Positions 1 through 9,368 of a DNA stretch of 64,000 bases are shown here, in pieces. The stretch spans positions 1-64,000 of the IMG/VR virus record IMGVR_UViG_3300001242_000018; one strand, written 5' to 3'. The position numbers were made by a program, and so were the translations under genes. Position 1 is the first letter of the stretch, and each line of letters begins with the position of its first letter. The notes beneath the pieces were generated by a model. That model ran no database searches. It was not told the origin of the DNA and saw only the letters and a list, made by a program, of their open reading frames with translations. This DNA is from an uncultured virus (IMG/VR IMGVR_UViG_3300001242_000018). Its lineage: Duplodnaviria; Heunggongvirae; Uroviricota; Caudoviricetes.

Positions 1-1
1 T

Positions 2-556
2 ACTATTCCGGTAGCTCAGGCTACGGCAGATGCGAAAGCAGAAGCCTCTCCAGCCGGTAATTCAGGTGGTGGTAAACCGGCAGCTACTACTAATAAAGTT
101 AAACCAACTAATAAAGCTAAGACAAAGACAAAAGCCGGTAGTGTACCTGACTTTTCCGAGTTTGCCGCTTTAAATATTAAATACGAGTTTAGCGGTCTTA
201 GGAAGGACGTAATGACTGTAGTCGGTCTTTATCACGCCGGAGAGACGAGCAATAAAGTCTCCATGGAACTGGCCGGTTGTCTAGCACAGACTAAGAAGAA
301 TTTCATGTATACTATAGAATCATATCTTGGCCCGGATATTAAATTCAAAGCTGAGAATTACTTTGATAATCTTCTTCATCGTCTAAATACAATGGTTATT
401 GAATCTCTAAGACAAATAGAATCTCCTATGAATTGCTTAAACACTATAGCAAGTTTCTTCGACCTTTATGATAGTTCTGATTGGGATGCTTTTGTAGCAT
501 GGTTAGTCGGAGATGACGATTTAGAATCAATTACTAAATCAAATGAAGAAGGGTAG
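2..556 (+). CDS. C-terminal part of a gene starting upstream of the window, probably portal protein
   Basis: The frame of the 212..556 ORF is open back to position 2 (TIPVAQATADAKAEASPAGNSGGGKPAATTNKVKPTNK...). It has a low-complexity Ala/Gly/Lys tail and lies directly before the prohead protease. The portal call rests on synteny only. Confidence 0.5.
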   Translation, partial: TIPVAQATADAKAEASPAGNSGGGKPAATTNKVKPTNKAKTKTKAGSVPDFSEFAALNIKYEFSGLRKDVMTVVGLYHAGETSNKVSMELAGCLAQTKKNFMYTIESYLGPDIKFKAENYFDNLLHRLNTMVIESLRQIESPMNCLNTIASFFDLYDSSDWDAFVAWLVGDDDLESITKSNEEG

Positions 557-564
557 GTGAAAAG

Positions 565-1965
565 GTGGCATTACTTTCTGTTGTTGAAGCAACACATAAC
601 ATTACTACCAAGAATCTAAATACCTACCAAGCGGATTACTTTCCGACTTCCGTAAAGTCATGGAAAAAGCCATATAAGAAACCTGTATTACTTAATCACA
701 ACTCTTATAGTGGAACTCCTGTAGGTAGGATACAAAAGGCGGAGCATACCGATAGTGTTATTAAAAAGAATCTGCAAACGCAGCGACTTATCATTAAAAC
801 AACTGATGAACTAGTTGCTAGTAGAATTCTTGATAGTACCTATACAACCCTGTCTATTGGTGGTTCTGCTGATTCAGCCATCTGCTCAATTTGCGGAGCA
901 GATATATTAGATACCGGATGGTGTGGACATTTAAAGGGCAGGAAGTACGATGGTAAGGTTTGTACCTGGCTTATAGGAGTTATGGAGTATGAAGAAATAT
1001 CCTGGGTTAACGTTCCGGCAGATCCTTATGCTCAGGTAATTATACCCGACCTTGAAGCGGCAGCTAATGGTAATGATGAATCTGCCGCATTTGCAAGACA
1101 ACTACTAAAGGAATATCTCGAAGATGAGCCAGGAAGGAGGACTGAGTTCGTGAGTAAGACAGCAGCCGAATTAGCAAAGGAAATAAACGATCAGATTAAT
1201 AGTCTTAATACACCTCCAGCAGACACGGATAGCGGAAATGTAGGAGGTACAGAAGGCTCTTCTCAGCAAGAAAACTCCAATAATGAAAATCGCGTTCAGA
1301 ATATAGCAACCTTTACTACAACAGTCGAATCTTTAACTACTGAACTCGGTGGTATTAAAGGTGAAGTTACAGATGAAGTGATTTCTAAGGCTATTGGTGT
1401 AGTTGAACTTGTTGTTAAGGCAATTAGCGGTCAAATTAAACCAGAGGAGTTTATGGCAACCTTTACAGCTCCTGCAAATAAAGAATCTCTCGAGCAAGTA
1501 GAGCAAAGAGCCGTTACCGCCGAGACTGCTTTAATAGCTGCTGATGCTACTATCGTTGAATTAAAGGACAAGCTTAATAAGGCAGAGCAACAGACCGAGC
1601 CATTAAAGCACCAAGCTGAACAAAGTAATAAATTAGCTCAGCAAGTCGCGAAACTGGCTAGAATGGTAGCCATAGATCGTGTTGTAGATCTAACTATCGT
1701 TGTAGAAGGAAAGAGTCCTAACGATCGCAATACTATTGCGGAATCTCTTGCATCTAAACAGATTTCCGATCTCGTAGCCGATGGACAATCACTGGCTGAG
1801 AAATTACCAATCCCTCAAAGACAACAAGGGACTGCTCATAAAGATGGCGCTGGCGAAGAAGAAGAAATCGAAACACCAGGCGGTGGCAAGAATGAAGCTA
1901 TTTCAACTGAAGCTATCGCATCATCCATGGTAGCTATGTTTTCAGGTAAGAATTTAAAGAGTTAA
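565..1965 (+). CDS. Prohead (capsid maturation) protease fused to a scaffolding region
   Basis: N-terminal ~160 aa has PVLLNH...PVGRI, TLSIGG, CSICG...CGH...C and EISWVNVPAD motifs typical of HK97/herpes-fold phage prohead proteases with a Cys insert. The C-terminus is acidic and coiled-coil-like. It lies upstream of the capsid genes. Confidence 0.8.
   Translation: MALLSVVEATHNITTKNLNTYQADYFPTSVKSWKKPYKKPVLLNHNSYSGTPVGRIQKAEHTDSVIKKNLQTQRLIIKTTDELVASRILDSTYTTLSIGGSADSAICSICGADILDTGWCGHLKGRKYDGKVCTWLIGVMEYEEISWVNVPADPYAQVIIPDLEAAANGNDESAAFARQLLKEYLEDEPGRRTEFVSKTAAELAKEINDQINSLNTPPADTDSGNVGGTEGSSQQENSNNENRVQNIATFTTTVESLTTELGGIKGEVTDEVISKAIGVVELVVKAISGQIKPEEFMATFTAPANKESLEQVEQRAVTAETALIAADATIVELKDKLNKAEQQTEPLKHQAEQSNKLAQQVAKLARMVAIDRVVDLTIVVEGKSPNDRNTIAESLASKQISDLVADGQSLAEKLPIPQRQQGTAHKDGAGEEEEIETPGGGKNEAISTEAIASSMVAMFSGKNLKS
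1150..1965 (+). CDS. Putative nested in-frame scaffolding protein (internal GTG start)
   Basis: AGGAAGGAGG at 1131-1140 lies 9 nt before an in-frame GTG at 1150, at the protease/coiled-coil boundary. Confidence 0.55.
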   Translation: MSKTAAELAKEINDQINSLNTPPADTDSGNVGGTEGSSQQENSNNENRVQNIATFTTTVESLTTELGGIKGEVTDEVISKAIGVVELVVKAISGQIKPEEFMATFTAPANKESLEQVEQRAVTAETALIAADATIVELKDKLNKAEQQTEPLKHQAEQSNKLAQQVAKLARMVAIDRVVDLTIVVEGKSPNDRNTIAESLASKQISDLVADGQSLAEKLPIPQRQQGTAHKDGAGEEEEIETPGGGKNEAISTEAIASSMVAMFSGKNLKS

Positions 1966-1992
1966 GTAATTAGTTATAAGGAGGAACTACGA

Positions 1993-3108
1993 ATGGCACT
2001 ATTTGATGGTATGAAAGCAAAAGCTAACTCTCGTACAGATATGCGCCGATTCTTCGTGTCCGAAGGTGTTTCACCTAGTGAAGAATGGCAGCTTGATCAG
2101 ACACTTCCTGTCTTATTTTCAAATCCCTTTGGTAAGCCTGGCCAAACCGAGGTTGTTATTGGTAAAGGTATGGCTTGTGCATTAAAACCAACTTTAGTCA
2201 AGTCTTTTAAGTATGGTACACATTTACCTGTAATGACCTTGGCTGACGGTGCTAATGCTTTTATCGGGGCCGCTCCGTATAATCTTTGCGTTGGGCGTTT
2301 AGATCGCTTTGAAGGTAACGATCCTAACATCTTACGTCGTCAGTATGTTGAGATCCCCTGGTTTCGTCGTAAAGAAGATGCGGCTCAGGTTAATTACGGT
2401 TGTTGCTGGGGCGATATTAAGCCTGGCGATATCTTAAAGGTTAGTAAAGATATACTCACTTTAAATGGCCGCAATATGCTGCTTGGTAAATATGACAAAT
2501 TCGATAAGACTGCAGACGATTACTGGCAAGTACTTGGCCAAATCATGGGCGTTGAAATGGATGTTGAACCATGGGGATGGTTCAAATGGGTCATGTGGGA
2601 TGAAGCAGCTAAGCGCCAAGATGATGTTTATGTCAACTATGGTGGTAAAGAACTTCAGCCCAATACCATACAAACTGTTAACGGTAGTGATTATGCATAT
2701 CCATTCGATCCTGAATACCGTGATGGTCGTTTCGATATCAATGGTTATATGAATCAGTATACAAGATTTCCAAATGGAATTCCTGGTCTAACTGATGGCG
2801 GTAATCGTGAAAACCAAAGTTATGACGGTATTATACCTGCCGGTACATTAACCGGTGCTCAAGTTATTTGGACGATGCCGTATAAAGCTATTATTCAAGA
2901 CAGTGTAAAGGTTACTGTTGGTAATAATGTAATGGATTTGTCAACATATACAGTCGATCATGATCTTGGTATTGTGACCTTTACTGCAGATAAAGACTAT
3001 GACGCTCTGACCTCTGTACTGGTTGAGTTTAAGAAGAAGTTCCCCGGTACTCCAACTAGTTGGGATACAGTGGGCTTTTCTGGTATGGTACGTCTATTAC
3101 TCCGATAA
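1993..3108 (+). CDS. Head structural / capsid decoration protein
   Basis: Lies between protease and major capsid gene, with a strong SD (AAGGAGG). It carries a C-terminal small beta module (YTVDHDLGIVTF). Confidence 0.55.
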   Translation: MALFDGMKAKANSRTDMRRFFVSEGVSPSEEWQLDQTLPVLFSNPFGKPGQTEVVIGKGMACALKPTLVKSFKYGTHLPVMTLADGANAFIGAAPYNLCVGRLDRFEGNDPNILRRQYVEIPWFRRKEDAAQVNYGCCWGDIKPGDILKVSKDILTLNGRNMLLGKYDKFDKTADDYWQVLGQIMGVEMDVEPWGWFKWVMWDEAAKRQDDVYVNYGGKELQPNTIQTVNGSDYAYPFDPEYRDGRFDINGYMNQYTRFPNGIPGLTDGGNRENQSYDGIIPAGTLTGAQVIWTMPYKAIIQDSVKVTVGNNVMDLSTYTVDHDLGIVTFTADKDYDALTSVLVEFKKKFPGTPTSWDTVGFSGMVRLLLR

Positions 3109-3142
3109 TAATCGTTTAAATTGACACAAGGAGGAACTTCGA

Positions 3143-4285
3143 ATGGCACAAATCTTTACTGAAGCCGAACTTACAGAACTCAAGGGAAAGGTTACCGAGA
3201 AAGACCTTGAGTTAGCAAAGCAGTACGAAGCCTGGCAAAAGGGCGAGATTTCAAGTCCGCCTCATGTTAAAGAATATCTATCCAGTCCATCTGCTACAAT
3301 ATTAATTCCTAAGACTATTGTAATGGCAGCTCGTCTTGCAGGCGAACCTGTAGCCGTAGCTTCCCAGTTTATGAAAACCGTGAATATGCCAAACTCCGGC
3401 GCTCTGTATGTATTCCCTACATATGGCCCGATGAAAGCTAACGATATTGCAGAAGGTCAAGAATGGCCGACAGCCACCATTGATAGCGAACAATTCGAAG
3501 GAGTCGAAATCCGTATCGGTAAGTCTGGTATCAGGATTCAGTACACCGACGAAGTTGTAAAAGACTCTCAGTGGGAAGTTATTCAAATGATGATTGAGCA
3601 AGCCGGTCGCGCAATGACACGACATAAGGAGCAGAAATGTTTCCGTCAGTTTACATTGCACGGTCATACGGTATTTGATAACGATCCGGTTGTTAAAACG
3701 GTTACCGGTGGTTTATCTGCAACTTCCGGTCTTGATGTAGATGGTAACGTAAATGATACTTTCAGTGTAGAGGATTTCCTCGACCTGATTATCGCTGTTA
3801 TGTTAAATGAAATGGATCCAAATACCATCTTGATGCATCCATTAACCTGGATTACTTTTGCTAAGCAGGAGTTAATGAATCAGGTAATGGGCGGCATGAA
3901 TCTGTATCCGGCTACAGATCAACCCAGTGCCTTTAAACTTGGCCCTGGCAGCTTACAAGGACGTATTCCATTTGCCTTTGATTTAATGCTAAGTCCGTTT
4001 ATCCCTCTTGACTGGAATCGTAAACGGTACGATATGTACTGTATTGATAAGAACAATATCGGTATAATTCTCCAGAAAGAGGGCTTATCTACCGAGAAAT
4101 TTAACGATCCAACCAGGGATATTTACAATATCAAGTTGAAAGAGAAATACGGTATTGGTATCTTCCATCAAGGTCGTGGTATCGCGGTAGCCAGAAATAT
4201 CAAACTCGATGTTAGCTACCTGCAACCGAGACTTATTCGTGCTCGTATTGAAGGTCAACCTATTCAGACTGTACAAGCTCCCTAA
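3143..4285 (+). CDS. Major capsid protein (HK97 fold)
   Basis: 380 aa with ILIPKTI, IAEGQEWP, KSGIRIQYTDEVVKDSQW, ILMHPLTW and IKLKEKYGIG segments typical of HK97-fold capsid proteins. Strong SD and expected position. Confidence 0.88.
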   Translation: MAQIFTEAELTELKGKVTEKDLELAKQYEAWQKGEISSPPHVKEYLSSPSATILIPKTIVMAARLAGEPVAVASQFMKTVNMPNSGALYVFPTYGPMKANDIAEGQEWPTATIDSEQFEGVEIRIGKSGIRIQYTDEVVKDSQWEVIQMMIEQAGRAMTRHKEQKCFRQFTLHGHTVFDNDPVVKTVTGGLSATSGLDVDGNVNDTFSVEDFLDLIIAVMLNEMDPNTILMHPLTWITFAKQELMNQVMGGMNLYPATDQPSAFKLGPGSLQGRIPFAFDLMLSPFIPLDWNRKRYDMYCIDKNNIGIILQKEGLSTEKFNDPTRDIYNIKLKEKYGIGIFHQGRGIAVARNIKLDVSYLQPRLIRARIEGQPIQTVQAP

Positions 4286-4304
4286 ATAAACGGAGGTATC
4301 AGAA

Positions 4305-4733
4305 ATGGAACATCGTTTAAGATTGAACGTAGCTAATGCTGACCAGTTCTGGTGCCCTATTAATAAGTTCGCCTTAGCACCTGGTTTTCGTCTAGAGGGT
4401 ACTCTCCCTCTAGACGCTAACTTAAAGTACATTCTTCGGGGTGTGAAATCAGGTAAACTTATTGATGTAAATGGTACCGTATTAGGTGGTGTTAAAAAAC
4501 AAGATGGCGAATTCATCGACAACGGAGAAAAAGAAGAAGACACAGAAAACTACAATTCAGAGGGGAGCTCAAACTCGGACAATCCCGACCCCGGTAATGA
4601 CGGTACTTCCGAAAGTAAACCCCCTGAACAGAGCGACAAACAAGAGGAAGTAAAACCTGTAGAGCCAGTGGTTAAATCCTCGACAAAAGCTTCGACAAAA
4701 CCCGCTGCTCAAGAAGATAAGAATAAGAAGTAA
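4305..4733 (+). CDS. Small protein with acidic/disordered C-terminus, probably head-associated
   Basis: ORF with GGAGG SD directly after the capsid gene. Confidence 0.5.
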   Translation: MEHRLRLNVANADQFWCPINKFALAPGFRLEGTLPLDANLKYILRGVKSGKLIDVNGTVLGGVKKQDGEFIDNGEKEEDTENYNSEGSSNSDNPDPGNDGTSESKPPEQSDKQEEVKPVEPVVKSSTKASTKPAAQEDKNKK

Positions 4734-4745
4734 GAGGGAGATATC

Positions 4746-5711
4746 ATGGGTATTGCTATGTTGCCCTATGTAGTAAGTACAGATCCTCCCAACGGCGTAG
4801 CTGAAATCCCAACTAGTCAAGTTGTTAGAATTGTATTTAATACGGATATAGATATTAGTACACTTATTTCGATATTTGCTAACGAGCAAGCTACTGGAAA
4901 TCGGATACCTATAAATGTAGATTACAAAGATATGGTGGCTACAATTCGTCCTGAACCAATGTGGACTCCTAATACAGTTTACCGAATTACTATAGCAGGT
5001 GATGATGTATTAGACCCGGAAAAGAAGTTTACCGGTATTCAGTCTATCCTTGGATATCCTATGGCGGGAAGTTTTACAGTCACCTTTCGGACGGTATTTA
5101 ATCCGACGTTACTAGCTCCGGATATCAGTTTAGTTTCTCCTACCGATGAGAGTGTTGTTACCGGAGAGACTATAACCTTTACGTGGCCCGTAGTGGCAAA
5201 TGCGGAAAGATACGAATTCGAAATCTCTCAATTTAACAACCTAGATCCGTATACTTGGAGAGGTATTGTAACCAAACCAGAGGTTACGCCCGACATTGTA
5301 TTAGAAGATAAGACCTACTATTGGCGTGTTAGGGCTATAGATGCAGCTGGTAATACTGGAGATTGGTGTGGGATATGTACCTTTGGTGTAAAGAATACAC
5401 CAGACAATCCAGTAACACCAGAGGATCTGTATAATGATGAGGTCTTAGTATTACCTGAAGAGATTGTCACATTTCCAGATCCCGATTGGGTTAACGTAGC
5501 TCTAAACTTACGTACTATTACAGCAATTGTCCCGGCAGGCGTACTAGTAGATGAAGCATTACTTAGTAGTGCTATCAAGATTACTACACAAGATGCCTTT
5601 AATGAAATAGCCCCTGTTGAAGAAGTCGACCAGACTAAGTATAATGTGGCAACTCAAGCCATGAATGATGGTAGTACTATGATTATTATAACTTTGGGAG
5701 AGGTGATTTAA
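4746..5711 (+). CDS. Ig-like (Big_5/SbsA-type) plus FN3-like virion protein
   Basis: PYVVSTDPPNG...VRIVFN...PNTVYRITI resembles Big_5. FTWPVVANAERYEFEIS...YYWRVRAIDAAGNTGDW resembles FN3. Confidence 0.7.
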   Translation: MGIAMLPYVVSTDPPNGVAEIPTSQVVRIVFNTDIDISTLISIFANEQATGNRIPINVDYKDMVATIRPEPMWTPNTVYRITIAGDDVLDPEKKFTGIQSILGYPMAGSFTVTFRTVFNPTLLAPDISLVSPTDESVVTGETITFTWPVVANAERYEFEISQFNNLDPYTWRGIVTKPEVTPDIVLEDKTYYWRVRAIDAAGNTGDWCGICTFGVKNTPDNPVTPEDLYNDEVLVLPEEIVTFPDPDWVNVALNLRTITAIVPAGVLVDEALLSSAIKITTQDAFNEIAPVEEVDQTKYNVATQAMNDGSTMIIITLGEVI

Positions 5712-6131
5712 ATGGCTGGCGATTTTATGGTTGCATACGTGGTTGACGGTATGGTATCTATCAAAGACGCCGGCCAGCTCCGTCTTCCAGAACATATCTT
5801 TGGTACTAAGATTAAACGGTATACTAAAGGCTTTAGGCTCGAAGTACCAGCTCTTGAAGGTACTTATGAATTCTCTTACACACCGGAGATGGATGTAGAC
5901 TTGTTTCAAATTAATGTAGGCTGCTCCGGTTATTCGGATAGTGACTACTGGCAACTCTGGGTTGGTGATGAAACTATACCTACCTGTGAGACCATATATA
6001 CGAAAGAACTACACGAAGGAGTAAGTATAGCTGCAATTCCGGTAATAGCTGGTACGGTAATTAAGTTTGAATTCTTAAACAATTCTTGTACTAGTAAGAT
6101 CGTTTACGTAGACCTCGTTATGAGAAAGTAA
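5712..6131 (+). CDS. Putative virion structural protein
   Basis: ORF with GGAGAGG SD inside the structural operon. Confidence 0.45.
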   Translation: MAGDFMVAYVVDGMVSIKDAGQLRLPEHIFGTKIKRYTKGFRLEVPALEGTYEFSYTPEMDVDLFQINVGCSGYSDSDYWQLWVGDETIPTCETIYTKELHEGVSIAAIPVIAGTVIKFEFLNNSCTSKIVYVDLVMRK

Positions 6132-6145
6132 AGGAGGTAATGTAG

Positions 6146-9100
6146 TTGACATGGACTGAAGGGTTTAGCAACTCTAATTATATCCTTAAAGCTATTGGTA
6201 AGGCGATATGCAAACCAGTGGATGATAAGGGTATATTCCATGATGAAGATAAATGGGAGTTAGTTTATCCCGATCCTACTAAGTTCGCCAAAGTAACTGA
6301 TATTACTGAGGCTTTATTTTCAACAGATCAGATAAATTACAAAACTAGCAAACGCCCGATTAAAGAAGATACCACTCCTATCTTAAAGATAAATAACGTA
6401 GTTCCGGAAATCGGTACTTACATTATTGACTATATTAGCGGTATTGTCACATTTTATTCTAAGCATTCGCCAGGTGACGTAGTTATCATGACTTACGACT
6501 GGGATGATGACGGTGTAGAAGGGGCGTTAAATGCTATTGGTACCGGCATTGACCAGGATAATGAACGAGTGATCTTCAAAACAACAACCTATCCGGTAAT
6601 TATAACTCCGGAGGCGAAACTTCAAAATGATATAATCGATCCGTCTCTTAATACGGAAAAAATTACTATGTACGTTGAACTTTATAAACCAAAGTATCTT
6701 ATTAATCCTGAAACCGGTCTTGCTTCTTATAAAGATGAAAATGGTACTGTTATTTCTACCAGTCGTAATCAACATCATATAATGTGTCGCATTTTTGACA
6801 ATTATACCGATATTGTACACATATTGGGAGAAGTCGCTAAACCGCTTGATACACAGTATCAAGTTTATAGTCTATTTCATAATAACCTGATGCATACTAC
6901 AGAAAATTCGCCCGTAGTTAAATTAAACGGACAGTTACTGGGCGAAGGTGCTGGAGATATTATAATCGTTAATGGAGTAGAGTATAAGTCCGGGATAGAT
7001 TTCTTTACAGGTATTGATGCGGCAACGACTGTCACCGCCTTGGCACAGGCTATAGCAGCTGACGGATTATTTACTCAATCTGTAAGTGAAAATACTGTTA
7101 TACTTACTCAAGTAACGCCATCTACAGATATGCTCACGGTAACTCTAAGTGAGGGTTCGATTGGTGTTATATCTGCTGTTACAAATAATGTAGTTTACAA
7201 TGCAGGTCATCCGGTTATAAGTCCTATTAAGACTGCAATTAATACTCCTGGTCTTAACGTTAACTACGGTGTGACTTACAGTGGTCAGAACCTTACTCTG
7301 AATGAAAGATCTATACCTATGACTTCTACATTAACTCTGAATGGTTCAGTTACGGCTCTTACGATTACACAGATTAAAACTGCCTTACAAAATGATATTA
7401 ATGCTGTATATACAGGGGCCGATAGTGGTGAGACATTTGTTGTAGGAGATGATGGTACAAAACTGACAATCACTTCAGCTCGGGCTGGCGCTACTGCTAC
7501 TGTTAATCTTAACGGTTCGAGTCCTGGACTTTCTGGTGCTCTCGGATTTACAGATATAAGTCCCGTATACGGACAAGATGAGGTTTTGCCGACTCCGGCA
7601 GAATTTAGGTTTACTATAACAGAAAACTTAGCACCTGGCGATTATACGATAGGAGCAATGAATGGTACTATCACTTTTCCAAAAGTAAACCTTCCTACAG
7701 ATAAGGTTACCGTAGACTATGATTATATTCATAACGGCCCTGTACCCGATGTTATAGATAGTTACGGTAATGTTGTTACTCGGGGAGCTCATGTATCCGA
7801 CTGGGCTAAATTCTCATGGTTCCGCGACTGGGAAGAGATTAATATTGGACTGAAGAACTTTACCGGTGGTATAGCTAACTTAGCTGGCGGCTTGTTGCTT
7901 AATCAAATCCAGATACCAAACTTAATTGATGGTATCCCAATTCAATTCTGGTTATCTGTTAATAAGAATAGATTGGTATTGATACTTATGGGCGAACCGT
8001 CAATTGATACCGAAAATTATCTTTGCTCATTTGGATATTTCGGTAAACTCGAAGCTTTACCTAAGAGCGTTAATGATACTGCAGGTAACTTTGCCATGAG
8101 CGTAGGCTCTTCTACAATACCTGCTAAGCTTGGTACCATTCCTAAAGAGAAAGTCATTATTAATAGTATTACCGCAAGAATAGATGTTGGTGGTAATCAT
8201 GAAGGCGGGACGACCTACTCTTATATAGTTACATTCATGGATGATGGTGGAGAATCTCCTGCCTCAAGTCCGATGGCTATATATGCAGATGGAAGTCCGG
8301 CTACTGCTAATGTGTCTATATTTATAGAATTTAAGACACCTCTTTATTCAAAAGGTTGGCGTATTTATCGTTATAAAGTCGAAGGTGATAAAACTACAGA
8401 TCCAAGTATCAATGCTCTTGCTAATTACAAATTGGTGGGTAGGTCTACTGACATTGGTGGCATCGTCTCTTGGATTGATTCAGATGTGACAATATTACCT
8501 ACTGATAGTATTCCAAGCTATTATGGTACTCCAACTCCAGGTGTAGTAAGAGATCCATTATTCGGACTCGTTACGGATATTAAGTATCCAGATAAATGGG
8601 GTCTTGATACTGCTACCGGAGTAGGTGATGTTGCTATGTTTAAAACTCGCGGAGGAGCTTTCTTTCAGCGACATAGAATAGCCTTCACCACGCCGGAAGA
8701 ATTCATGAGTAAGAATGCTTTTAATCCGTCCCGTTGGACTGGTCATTTTCATCTATCATTAGTAAATGTTTTACATTTATTCGATGGTCATCGCGGAGCG
8801 CTAGATGGAGTATTAGCTGTGGATAGTATCTCTATCGCACCGCTTGACGAATTAACGGTAGATAAAGGTAAGGTAGAAGTAATTGAGAAAGTAATCAAAG
8901 GTGTATCTTTATCTACTGGCGTATCTGAAATGGTCTTTAATGATTTCTCTACAGAAGCTCAAACTATGAAGATTGTAGGTAAATTACCGGCAGCGACAGC
9001 GCAAGCTTCTAGCGAATCTGAACAAATAGGGACATTGATCGACCCTCCGTTTAATAAAGTCACCTTACGGACATCGGACGGTCAACCTGTAAAGGACGTT

Positions 9101-9355
9101 CAGACCAGAGAAATATACGGTAGGATGAGTTGGGATTCTAGTAACAACTGTTTTAGGATCGATCTTAAAACTATTGACCAGAGTTCGGCCGAGATCGATG
9201 GAGTTGTAGCTGTTGACATGGATGATGTGCAACTTACTTACAGCGCACGGGAAAGTGTTGAGAAATATTATAAATATTTCACTATTAATGCGCCGCACAG
9301 TATGTTAACTAACAGTCCAAATTCAATGTACGGTCTCGCTATTAAGAAAAGTTAA
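6146..9355 (+). CDS. Large multidomain virion structural protein (head/neck fibre-like) with inserted beta domains
   Basis: 1069 aa, TTG start after AAGGAGG. Contains repeated YxxD/G...GxxTF modules, a Thr/Gly-rich insert, and an FN3-like TTYSYIVTFMDDGGESPAS segment. Confidence 0.55.
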   Translation: MTWTEGFSNSNYILKAIGKAICKPVDDKGIFHDEDKWELVYPDPTKFAKVTDITEALFSTDQINYKTSKRPIKEDTTPILKINNVVPEIGTYIIDYISGIVTFYSKHSPGDVVIMTYDWDDDGVEGALNAIGTGIDQDNERVIFKTTTYPVIITPEAKLQNDIIDPSLNTEKITMYVELYKPKYLINPETGLASYKDENGTVISTSRNQHHIMCRIFDNYTDIVHILGEVAKPLDTQYQVYSLFHNNLMHTTENSPVVKLNGQLLGEGAGDIIIVNGVEYKSGIDFFTGIDAATTVTALAQAIAADGLFTQSVSENTVILTQVTPSTDMLTVTLSEGSIGVISAVTNNVVYNAGHPVISPIKTAINTPGLNVNYGVTYSGQNLTLNERSIPMTSTLTLNGSVTALTITQIKTALQNDINAVYTGADSGETFVVGDDGTKLTITSARAGATATVNLNGSSPGLSGALGFTDISPVYGQDEVLPTPAEFRFTITENLAPGDYTIGAMNGTITFPKVNLPTDKVTVDYDYIHNGPVPDVIDSYGNVVTRGAHVSDWAKFSWFRDWEEINIGLKNFTGGIANLAGGLLLNQIQIPNLIDGIPIQFWLSVNKNRLVLILMGEPSIDTENYLCSFGYFGKLEALPKSVNDTAGNFAMSVGSSTIPAKLGTIPKEKVIINSITARIDVGGNHEGGTTYSYIVTFMDDGGESPASSPMAIYADGSPATANVSIFIEFKTPLYSKGWRIYRYKVEGDKTTDPSINALANYKLVGRSTDIGGIVSWIDSDVTILPTDSIPSYYGTPTPGVVRDPLFGLVTDIKYPDKWGLDTATGVGDVAMFKTRGGAFFQRHRIAFTTPEEFMSKNAFNPSRWTGHFHLSLVNVLHLFDGHRGALDGVLAVDSISIAPLDELTVDKGKVEVIEKVIKGVSLSTGVSEMVFNDFSTEAQTMKIVGKLPAATAQASSESEQIGTLIDPPFNKVTLRTSDGQPVKDVQTREIYGRMSWDSSNNCFRIDLKTIDQSSAEIDGVVAVDMDDVQLTYSARESVEKYYKYFTINAPHSMLTNSPNSMYGLAIKKS

Positions 9356-9368
9356 ATAACCTCCGGGG

